DNA of 46,273 bases from a virus. The stretch lies in IMG/VR virus record IMGVR_UViG_3300037589_000034; one strand, written 5' to 3'. The notes under the pieces are model-generated. The model was not told the DNA's origin, made no database searches, and saw nothing but the letters and a program-made list of their open reading frames with translations. Shown piece after piece: positions 1 to 6,406 of the stretch. A program made the translations under genes and the position numbers. Numbering within the stretch: the stretch's first letter is position 1; each line of letters starts with the position of its first letter.

Positions 1-846
1 ATTGTATGCCCTTTGGATGGCCTGGAAATATGACAGCGGCCCGGCCTGGATCCGGTCCCTGGTTCCTGGTTCCTGGTTCCTGGTTCCTGGATCCGGTCCC
101 TGGTTCCCTGGTTCCTGGTTCCCTGGTATTAATATAGAGCTGCAGCGGCCCGGCCTGGATCCGGTCCCTGGTTCCTGGTTCCTGGTTCCTGGATCCGGTC
201 CCTGGTTCCCTGGTTCCTGGTTCCTGGTTCCTGGTTCCCTGGTTCCTGGTTCCCTGGTATTAATATAGAGCTGCAGCGGCCCGGCCTGGATCCGGTCCCT
301 GGTTCCTGGTTCCCTGGTTCCTGGTTCCTGGTTCCCTGGTTCCCTGGTTCCTGGTTCCCTGGTTCCTGGTTCCCTGGTTCCCTGGTTCCTGGTTCCCTGG
401 TTCCCTGGTTCCTGGTTCCCTGGTTCCTGGTTCCCTGGTTCCCTGGTTCCTGGTTCCCTGGTTCCTGGTTCCTGGTTCCCTGGTTCCTGGTTCCCTGGTA
501 TTAATATAGAGCTGCAGCGGCCCGGCCTGGATCCGGTCCCTGGTTCCTGGTTCCTGGTTCCTGGTTCCTGGTTCCTGGTTCCTGGTTCCCTGGTTCCTGG
601 TTCCTGGTTCCCTGGTTCCTGGTTCCCTGGTTCCTGGTTCCCTGGTATTAATATAGAGCTGCAGCGGCCCGGCCTGGATCCGGTCCCTGGTTCTTGGTTC
701 CTGGTTCCTGGATCCGGTCCCTGGTTCCCTGGTTCCTGGTTCCTGGTTCCTGGTTCCCTGGTTCCTGGTTCCTGGTTCCCTGGTTCCTGGTTCCCTGGTT
801 CCTGGTTCCCTGGTATTAATATAGAGCTGCAGCGGCCCGGCCTGGA
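1..846. repeat. Higher-order tandem array of 7/8-nt units (CCTGGTT / CCCTGGTT) punctuated by a 42-nt unit
   Basis: The 42-nt unit TATTAATATAGAGCTGCAGCGGCCCGGCCTGGATCCGGTCCC occurs at 127-168, 258-299, 499-540 and 646-687, with a truncated copy at 814-846. Between them are head-to-tail CCTGGTT/CCCTGGTT runs of unequal length (169-257, 300-498, 541-645, 688-813). Some runs carry an internal GGATCCGGTCCC. The array continues across the circular junction from about 46177. Confidence 0.95.
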
Positions 847-996
847 TATTTCAAAAAAATATTAAAATTTTTATCACTGAAAATCAGTGAGTTATAAAAA
901 AAAGTAAAAATATTTTTACAAAAATTTGCTTTTTAATTTCCGGCTGCTTTACTTTGGATCATCAAGTTTAAACAATCACAAAAAACAATCACAATC
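847..996 (+). promoter_or_regulatory. AT-rich region upstream of ardA; probable early promoter plus first copy of the conserved leader
   Basis: This is a very AT-rich 150 nt. It has a hairpin TCACTGA-AAA-TCAGTGA at 874-890 and the leader ATCAAGTTTAAACAATCACAAAAAACAATCACAATC at 961-996, directly 5' of the ATG. I could not identify an exact promoter consensus. Confidence 0.3.
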
Positions 997-1542
997 ATGA
1001 AAAATTTATCAATTCAATTAGATGAAATTCAGGTTTATGTAGGAACCTATCACAAGTACAATTCAGGATCATTGGCCGGGGATTGGGTTAATTTATCTCA
1101 ATTTTCAGATTTTGAGGAATTCCAGGAATTTATCAATGAATTGCACAGTGATGAGGATGATCCGGAGTTTATGTATCAAGACTTTGAATGTCCGGAATTG
1201 TTTAAATCAATGGAATTAATTTCTGAGTGCCATATTTCAGAAAATATTTTTGATGTCATTGAGGCACTTGAGGCCGCATATCTAGACATTGAAGTTTATT
1301 CTGCTTATGCTTCTCACACTGGATTTTCCGGAGATATTGAGGATCTAATTTCAGCAGCTGAGGAGGCCTATCAAGGGGAATTTGAATCTGATGAGGATTT
1401 TGCCCAAAATATGGCTGAGGATTTAGGATTGATCCAGGATAGGCCCGCATGGCCTCATTACTGCATAGATTGGGAATATGCCGCAAGGGAATTAATGTAT
1501 GATTATTTTGAGGAGTCCGGATATTATTTCAGGTCTCTATAA
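997..1542 (+). CDS. ardA: ArdA-like antirestriction protein (DNA mimic)
   Basis: 181 aa and very acidic. The segments VYVGTYHKYNSGSLAGDWVNLSQFSD..EF..ELHSDEDDPEFMYQDFE and C-terminal DWEYAARELMYDYFE match the ArdA family as I remember it, and the length is typical. Confidence 0.8.
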   Translation: MKNLSIQLDEIQVYVGTYHKYNSGSLAGDWVNLSQFSDFEEFQEFINELHSDEDDPEFMYQDFECPELFKSMELISECHISENIFDVIEALEAAYLDIEVYSAYASHTGFSGDIEDLISAAEEAYQGEFESDEDFAQNMAEDLGLIQDRPAWPHYCIDWEYAARELMYDYFEESGYYFRSL

Positions 1543-1621
1543 AAAATACCGGATCCAGGCCCGGCCTGGATCCACTCTAAAAAATCAAGTTTCACAATCA
1601 CAATTTTAAACAATCACAATC
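1543..1621 (+). repeat. Intergenic palindrome+leader unit, type 1
   Basis: A perfect 23-bp palindrome GGATCCAGGCC-C-GGCCTGGATCC lies at 1551-1573, followed by ACTCTAAAAAATCAAGTTTCACAATCACAATTTTAAACAATCACAATC and the ATG. The unit is 79/79 identical to 2696-2774. Confidence 0.95.
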
Positions 1622-1738
1622 ATGAAAAAATTAGCTCAAATTTTCCAGGCCTTATTTATTGTCTCATTTATTGCACTGGTTTTATATACCGGGTTCCACC
1701 TTTGCAAAGTTGAAATTAATCTATTCAGCGGCCTATAA
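1622..1738 (+). CDS. Small hydrophobic peptide (38 aa, one predicted TM segment)
   Basis: MKKLAQIFQALFIVSFIALVLYTGFHLCKVEINLFSGL. It is below the ORF-track cutoff, but it starts exactly after a type-1 leader and is followed by another unit. Confidence 0.55.
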   Translation: MKKLAQIFQALFIVSFIALVLYTGFHLCKVEINLFSGL

Positions 1739-1822
1739 TTAAGCCCGGCCCGGATCCAGGCCCGGCCTGGATCTACTCTAAAAAATCAAGTTTCACAATC
1801 ACAATTTTAAACAATCACAATC
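1739..1822 (+). repeat. Intergenic palindrome+leader unit, type 1
   Basis: GGATCCAGGCCCGGCCTGGATCT at 1752-1774 has one mismatch to the perfect palindrome. It carries the same leader as 1543-1621. Confidence 0.95.
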
Positions 1823-2695
1823 ATGAAAAAAGTACTAGAATTGACCACTGATATGATAGGATTTTCAAAAATCTGCAGCTATTGGGGCTATTTTTCAACT
1901 GAAAATATCATTGATTCATATACAATTAATGAGGATTTTGAGGCCGGATATTCAGATTTTAATTCTGAATATGCCCTTTATCACCTGGATGGATCCCGGA
2001 TTTTTGACAAAATTTCTGAATCAATAAATGAAATTTTGCCGGACCTGGTTTATGAATTGCAAGATTCAGGACTTAAATCGATTTTAGATATCACTCACTC
2101 CGGGTTTTCAAGTCCTAAATATTACAATTTTTCAGGTGATAGGTTTTATCTAGATTTTGAGGTCAATTGGCCAAAATTTCAAAAGCAGCTCAAAAAAATT
2201 GCTGCCAAAAATTCAGCTGAATTTTCAGATTTTCTCCGGGATAATTACAGCTCTAGAGATGGATTTATATCATTTACTGCAAATAATTTGGATCAATGGA
2301 TCCAGGATCTAGAGTCCGGAGATGTCACAGCTGCAGCAGCTTTTTTAACCTGGTTTATACATTCAAAAATAGATCTAGATTTTTCATTCCTGGTTTATGA
2401 AAATTTTTCTGAAAACTCATTTTATCCGGATTTTATAGATATGGATAGTCTAGAGGAGGCTATAAATGATATTAAGGCCGGGCAATATTTCAGCGGGATC
2501 TATCCAGGAATTGACCAGGATATGGAGTCTAATTTGATTATTAAATATCTAGACATTAATCCTGAATATATGCGGCCCGCTGCAGAAATAGCAGCTGAAT
2601 TGACCGAAAAATTTCCTGAAATAGAGATTGATTGGCTGCCAATAATTGAGAAAAAATTCCGGGATATTGATAGTCATACATTAAGCCTATTTTAA
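1823..2695 (+). CDS. Hypothetical acidic protein (290 aa)
   Basis: Long ORF starting right after the conserved leader and visibly rich in D/E. Motifs SPKYYNFSGDRFYLDF and SSRDGFISF are not assignable from memory. Confidence 0.7.
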   Translation: MKKVLELTTDMIGFSKICSYWGYFSTENIIDSYTINEDFEAGYSDFNSEYALYHLDGSRIFDKISESINEILPDLVYELQDSGLKSILDITHSGFSSPKYYNFSGDRFYLDFEVNWPKFQKQLKKIAAKNSAEFSDFLRDNYSSRDGFISFTANNLDQWIQDLESGDVTAAAAFLTWFIHSKIDLDFSFLVYENFSENSFYPDFIDMDSLEEAINDIKAGQYFSGIYPGIDQDMESNLIIKYLDINPEYMRPAAEIAAELTEKFPEIEIDWLPIIEKKFRDIDSHTLSLF

Positions 2696-2774
2696 AAAAT
2701 ACCGGATCCAGGCCCGGCCTGGATCCACTCTAAAAAATCAAGTTTCACAATCACAATTTTAAACAATCACAATC
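2696..2774 (+). repeat. Intergenic palindrome+leader unit, type 1
   Basis: Identical to 1543-1621. The palindrome lies at 2704-2726. Confidence 0.95.
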
Positions 2775-3377
2775 ATGAAAACTGTAGAAATTGAAATTTA
2801 TCAATTCAATGAATTAAGCCCAAAATCAAAGATTAAGGCACTAGAAAAATTTTCAGATATCAATGTAGATCATGGATGGTATGAATCAGTTTATGACTGG
2901 TTTATTGGCCGGGCCGCTGAGGCCGGATTTTCAGTAGATAGGATTTATTTTTCCGGGTTTTACTCTCAAGGTGATGGGGCTATGTTTGAATATTCAGATC
3001 CAGGAGATGATAAATTATTAAGGGAATTTATAGATACATTGGATCTATCACCTATGCGAAAATCTTGGCTATTGAGTCAAGTTTACTGCAGATATTCAGG
3101 CACTCATTCAGGCCATTATTATCATTCAGGCTGCTGCAGTCATTCAATCACTTTTGAGTCAAATTTTACCTGGTCTGCAGCTGAAAATTTTTCAGATTGG
3201 ATTGATAGTTTTCATTCAGATTTTGAGGAGTTTATTGAGTCAAAATATAGAGACCTTTGTGATGAGTTGTATGATAGTCTGCAGATTGATTATGAATATC
3301 TTACCTCAGAAGAGGCTATAATTGAGACAATTGAGGCCAATAATTACGAATTTTTTAGAGATGGATCTATCTATTAA
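2775..3377 (+). CDS. Hypothetical acidic protein (200 aa)
   Basis: ORF after the conserved leader. The motif IYFSGFYSQGDGAMFEY recalls conserved hypotheticals of mobile elements, but I cannot name a family. Confidence 0.7.
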   Translation: MKTVEIEIYQFNELSPKSKIKALEKFSDINVDHGWYESVYDWFIGRAAEAGFSVDRIYFSGFYSQGDGAMFEYSDPGDDKLLREFIDTLDLSPMRKSWLLSQVYCRYSGTHSGHYYHSGCCSHSITFESNFTWSAAENFSDWIDSFHSDFEEFIESKYRDLCDELYDSLQIDYEYLTSEEAIIETIEANNYEFFRDGSIY

Positions 3378-3452
3378 GCCCGGTCCGGATCCAGGTATTA
3401 AGGCCTGGATCCAGGCCTCAAAAAATCAAATTTCAAACAATCAAATTAAGCC
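3378..3452 (+). repeat. Intergenic palindrome+leader unit, type 2
   Basis: The hairpin GGATCCAGG-TATTAAGG-CCTGGATCC at 3387-3412 overlaps an 18-bp perfect palindrome AGGCCTGGATCCAGGCCT at 3401-3418. The leader is AAAAATCAAATTTCAAACAATCAAATTAAGCC followed by the ATG. Confidence 0.9.
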
Positions 3453-3647
3453 ATGAAAAATCAAGTTGAAAAAATTTTGTACGGAGTTAAAAAAGAAAAT
3501 CCGGACTATATGGAGGAAATAATCACTACTCATTCAGACCGGATTGAGGCTGCAAAAATTTGGGCCGCAAATAATGGGTTTAATCGATTTAGAGTAGCTG
3601 AAATAGATCTATCAATTAAGCCGGATTTTATTAAAACTATTCAATGA
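3453..3647 (+). CDS. Hypothetical protein (64 aa)
   Basis: ORF starting directly after a type-2 leader. Confidence 0.6.
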   Translation: MKNQVEKILYGVKKENPDYMEEIITTHSDRIEAAKIWAANNGFNRFRVAEIDLSIKPDFIKTIQ

Positions 3648-3724
3648 ATTAAGCCCGGCCCGGATCCAGGAATTAAGGCCTGGATCCGGACCTTAAAATC
3701 AAGTTTCAAACAATCAATTAAGCC
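3648..3724 (+). repeat. Intergenic palindrome+leader unit, type 2
   Basis: Hairpin GGATCCAGG-AATTAAGG-CCTGGATCC at 3662-3687. The 49 nt before the ATG are identical to those of the unit at 3890-3949. Confidence 0.9.
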
Positions 3725-3889
3725 ATGAATAATTTATCAGATATCGAAATTATAAATCTCCATGCTTTTGTTTTTTGGCCTGGAGTAGATATATCAATCC
3801 AGGCCATGAAAAAAGAATTAAGGAGTTTTTCCAGGTCCAGGAAAATATCAATCCAGGATATCATTAATGAAGAGAAAAATTTTCAATAA
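3725..3889 (+). CDS. Hypothetical protein (54 aa)
   Basis: MNNLSDIEIINLHAFVFWPG... It is below the ORF-track cutoff, but it is bracketed by two type-2 units and starts right after the leader. Confidence 0.5.
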   Translation: MNNLSDIEIINLHAFVFWPGVDISIQAMKKELRSFSRSRKISIQDIINEEKNFQ

Positions 3890-3949
3890 TAATCCAGGCC
3901 CGGCCTGGATCCGGACCTTAAAATCAAGTTTCAAACAATCAATTAAGCC
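3890..3949 (+). repeat. Intergenic palindrome+leader unit, type 2
   Basis: Palindrome ATCCAGGCC-C-GGCCTGGAT at 3892-3910, followed by the type-2 leader. Confidence 0.9.
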
Positions 3950-4384
3950 ATGAAAACTCAGTCAGTATCTCAGAAATTAGATAGCATATTTTTACCTATT
4001 GCTATTGATTCAAAATCACCGGAGGATTTTATTTTCCGGGCCCGGATCATTAAGTCAGTAGATCCGGAGATATCAAATTATTTTACCGAAAAATTTGGAT
4101 ATTCCGGAGGCAAAAAATTAAGCCTGAATCAAGCTGCAGAAAATTACTTAAATTATGCCATGGAAAAATCACAATCAAGGCCCGCAAAAAAACTAGATTC
4201 AGATCATCAAAGATTTAAGCAAATGATTAAGGCCATGGGAATGAGCTATAAATCATTAGCTGCAGATTTAGGCCTGGAGTACAATAGCCTCAAGTCTATG
4301 CTAGCCCCATCAAAGGAACTACCTAAATGGGCCATAAGCATGCTATTGGTTTATGAAAAAATGAATCAATCGGACCTGGATTAA
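3950..4384 (+). CDS. Hypothetical protein with C-terminal helix-turn-helix-like segment (144 aa)
   Basis: The C-terminal QMIKAMGMSYKSLAADLGLEYNSLKSMLAPSKELPKW looks like an XRE-type HTH. The N-terminal half is not recognised. Confidence 0.5.
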   Translation: MKTQSVSQKLDSIFLPIAIDSKSPEDFIFRARIIKSVDPEISNYFTEKFGYSGGKKLSLNQAAENYLNYAMEKSQSRPAKKLDSDHQRFKQMIKAMGMSYKSLAADLGLEYNSLKSMLAPSKELPKWAISMLLVYEKMNQSDLD

Positions 4385-4440
4385 GTCCAGGATCCGGACC
4401 TCAAAATCAAGTTTCACACAATTACAATCACAATTAAGCC
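4385..4440 (+). repeat. Intergenic palindrome+leader unit, type 3
   Basis: Degenerate palindrome GTCCAGGATCCGGAC at 4385-4399. The leader is CTCAAAATCAAGTTTCACACAATTACAATCACAATTAAGCC followed by the ATG. Confidence 0.85.
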
Positions 4441-4620
4441 ATGAAAAATTATAGCATAAATTACAACGTAGGATCCTCAAAGTATTTAGTCACTTTTTTT
4501 GATGGGATCAAGAAAAATAGAGATGGCAGTCATGCTGCAGATATTAGGATTTTTAAGAATAAAAAACTCCTAAAATCATTTATCTCAGATTTAGAAAATA
4601 AAGGTTTTAAAAAGAATTAA
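4441..4620 (+). CDS. Hypothetical protein (59 aa)
   Basis: MKNYSINYNVGSSKYLVTFFDGIKKNRDGSHAADIRIFKNKKLL... It starts right after a type-3 leader and is below the ORF-track cutoff. Confidence 0.55.
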   Translation: MKNYSINYNVGSSKYLVTFFDGIKKNRDGSHAADIRIFKNKKLLKSFISDLENKGFKKN

Positions 4621-4624
4621 GGCC

Positions 4625-4822
4625 ATGAGAGATCTATTCCTGGAGAAAATAATCAGTAAGGATATTATCATCAATAAAGGTGAAAATCTATCTATGTATT
4701 GTGGTCAAATAATGACTACAGAAGAGGCCTGGATCAAGGTGCATGAATTGATAAAATTAGGCCGGGCAAAAAAGGTCCTGGATAATGAGTACACTTTGCA
4801 ATATCACCTCCTGGATGATTAA
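4625..4822 (+). CDS. Hypothetical protein (65 aa)
   Basis: It starts 4 nt after the previous stop, in the context AATTAAGGCCATG. It forms a two-gene cassette with 4441-4620. Confidence 0.55.
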   Translation: MRDLFLEKIISKDIIINKGENLSMYCGQIMTTEEAWIKVHELIKLGRAKKVLDNEYTLQYHLLDD

Positions 4823-4873
4823 GTCCAGGATCTAAAATCAAAATCAAGTTTCAATCACAATCACAATTAAGCC
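4823..4873 (+). repeat. Intergenic leader unit, type 3 (palindrome truncated)
   Basis: GTCCAGGATCT followed by AAAATCAAAATCAAGTTTCAATCACAATCACAATTAAGCC and the ATG. Confidence 0.85.
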
Positions 4874-5050
4874 ATGAATCAATTAATCTATAGAATTCAC
4901 ACTGCAGACCGAAAAATCAAGTATGCAGGGACCGGACTAGACTCCTGGTTTACACTAGATCAAGCCCGGCAAAAAGTAGATCCATCAAGAGGAGAAAAAA
5001 TCTATCAATACTCCGGTCCTGGAGGAGATCCACTTTGGGAAATACTCTAA
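4874..5050 (+). CDS. Hypothetical protein (58 aa)
   Basis: MNQLIYRIHTADRKIKYAGTGLDSWFTLDQARQKVDPSRGEKIYQYSGPGGDPLWEIL. It starts right after a type-3 leader. Confidence 0.5.
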   Translation: MNQLIYRIHTADRKIKYAGTGLDSWFTLDQARQKVDPSRGEKIYQYSGPGGDPLWEIL

Positions 5051-5130
5051 ATAAATTAAGTCCGGATCCAATAATTAAGTCCAGGATCTGGACCTCAAAA
5101 TCAAGTTTCAATCACAATCACAATTAAGCC
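5051..5130 (+). repeat. Intergenic palindrome+leader unit, type 3
   Basis: GTCCGGATCC..GTCCAG-GAT-CTGGAC hairpin, followed by the leader CTCAAAATCAAGTTTCAATCACAATCACAATTAAGCC and the ATG. Confidence 0.85.
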
Positions 5131-5340
5131 ATGAAAAATCAAGTCAATCAATCTACAGATCTATTTCAATCCCTGGAATTATTGCCGGATACGGTCCAGG
5201 AGTGCATCAATCAATATGCTCAATCTGAGCAATTAAATTACCAGGAGTGTAAAGAATTCCAATCAAGGCTAGAATCAATGGGATATACTTTTGATTATTC
5301 CCTGGATGCCACTCCTTTCAATTTGAGAAAAATCAATTAA
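5131..5340 (+). CDS. Hypothetical acidic protein (69 aa)
   Basis: ORF starting right after a type-3 leader. Confidence 0.6.
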   Translation: MKNQVNQSTDLFQSLELLPDTVQECINQYAQSEQLNYQECKEFQSRLESMGYTFDYSLDATPFNLRKIN

Positions 5341-5370
5341 TCAAGTTTCAATCACAATCACAATTAAGCC
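5341..5370 (+). repeat. Leader-only unit, type 3
   Basis: TCAAGTTTCAATCACAATCACAATTAAGCC followed by the ATG, with no palindrome. Confidence 0.85.
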
Positions 5371-5781
5371 ATGAAAATTCAAGATCAAATCTCGAAAAAA
5401 ATTAAGTCACTCCAGGCCACAATTAAGGCCGGACATTGGCCAAAAGGATACCTGGACAATTGCAGATCTCAGGTAAATAGATATCAGACTCAGCTCGAAA
5501 TATTAGGCTATCCGGACCTAGATGGATTGAACCCTGTAGAGATCAATGAGCTCATCACAAAGTATCTCAATCGATTTGATGATTATGAGCAGCTCGCAAG
5601 TGATCAAGGAAAGTCCACTGCCATCATCACATTAGCCTATCACCGATTGGACCAGGAGAGATTCAAGATTAAGGCCGGACTGCCTCCTAATATCGAGCTG
5701 ATTAAGGCCTCCATTGAGCGAGCTCAGCAGCGGGCCATTGAGCTAGATCTCGAAAATTTGAGAGAGATCTTTGAGGCATAA
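5371..5781 (+). CDS. Hypothetical protein (136 aa), last gene of the cassette array
   Basis: ORF starting right after the leader. It is predicted helical, and I recognise no motif. Confidence 0.65.
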   Translation: MKIQDQISKKIKSLQATIKAGHWPKGYLDNCRSQVNRYQTQLEILGYPDLDGLNPVEINELITKYLNRFDDYEQLASDQGKSTAIITLAYHRLDQERFKIKAGLPPNIELIKASIERAQQRAIELDLENLREIFEA

Positions 5782-5788
5782 AAAAAAC

Positions 5789-5812
5789 CTCCGGGCAATC
5801 ACTCCCGGAGGC
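5789..5812 (+). other. Hairpin CCTCCGGG-CAATCACT-CCCGGAGG followed by a decayed leader copy
   Basis: An 8-bp stem preceded by an A-run, with no downstream T-run. It is followed by ATCAAGTTTCAACAATCTCGCCACAATCAC and a 5-codon ATG ORF, which looks like a vestigial cassette. Confidence 0.5.
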
Positions 5813-5916
5813 CATCAAGTTTCAACAATCTCGCCACAATCACGAAGCGAAAAAGTCAATGATCAAAGGTAAGTAAAAATATTACTACTTCGCAAATACA
5901 TTAAGTAACCAATCAC

Positions 5917-5948
5917 TCCCGGATCCATTAAGGTCCGGGATTTTTTTT
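5917..5948 (+). terminator. Rho-independent terminator closing the early cassette array
   Basis: TCCCGGA-(10 nt loop)-TCCGGGA followed by TTTTTTTT. Confidence 0.75.
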
Positions 5949-5969
5949 GCCCCATTAAGTCACTCCTGG

Positions 5970-5980
5970 TTTGTCCTTTC
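5970..5980 (+). promoter_or_regulatory. Late-motif copy 1 (TTTGTCCTTTC) upstream of the tail operon
   Basis: One of five intergenic copies of the consensus TGAtTTtGTCCTTTC. It lies 44 nt before the start at 6024. Confidence 0.5.
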
Positions 5981-6023
5981 TGGCAGGGAATAGCCTCAGT
6001 ACCTTCCTTAAAATTAATCCACA

Positions 6024-6398
6024 TTGGAAGAGCTGATCAAAAAAGAATTCATTTCACGCATTCTCCAGGAGCAGAGAGAGGATCTCGAAATAGACCAGGA
6101 GATAGCATTTAGAAAGTACCTGCAATTCAGGACCGGGAATACTTTCGCATCCCAAAAATTCGCAGTGGAAATGAGCCCGGCCTATATGTCTGGCAAGATC
6201 TCATACACTGCCAAAGCTCATGTCCGATTTCTGGATATCAAGCCATTCCGGAGAAAATCCGGATTCACCGATGGCAAAATCAGATACATATTCAATCGAA
6301 GGATCGAGCATGTCTATCTCCGCACTGCAGCCAGAATGATGTTTGGCCTCACTGAGGAGGTAGTCCAGGGGATCAAGCGAGGACTCAATACTAATTAA
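6024..6398 (+). CDS. Hypothetical protein (124 aa), first gene of the tail operon
   Basis: ORF with a TTG start, and no in-frame ATG until codon 50. It sits immediately upstream of the tape measure gene; the start is uncertain. Confidence 0.5.
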   Translation: MEELIKKEFISRILQEQREDLEIDQEIAFRKYLQFRTGNTFASQKFAVEMSPAYMSGKISYTAKAHVRFLDIKPFRRKSGFTDGKIRYIFNRRIEHVYLRTAARMMFGLTEEVVQGIKRGLNTN

Positions 6399-6406
6399 GT
6401 CACACT

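Noticed and set aside
2-268. 88-aa ORF running through the tandem array (PGSWFLVPGS... repeats)
   Set aside because: The open frame is a by-product of 7/8-nt repeats. The frame drifts with each octamer and hits the TAG in the 42-nt unit depending on unit count. There is no leader or start context like the real genes.
1-846. CRISPR array interpretation of the repeat region
   Set aside because: The apparent spacers are themselves runs of 7-8-nt tandem units, and the 42-nt unit is the only unique element. There are no unique spacers and no cas genes.
1551-5100. Intergenic palindromes as ordinary rho-independent terminators of the + strand genes
   Set aside because: They are flanked by A-runs and lack a downstream T-run on the coding strand. 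T-runs would follow them only on the - strand, which has no genes there. Genuine terminators with T-runs exist at 5917-5948 and elsewhere.
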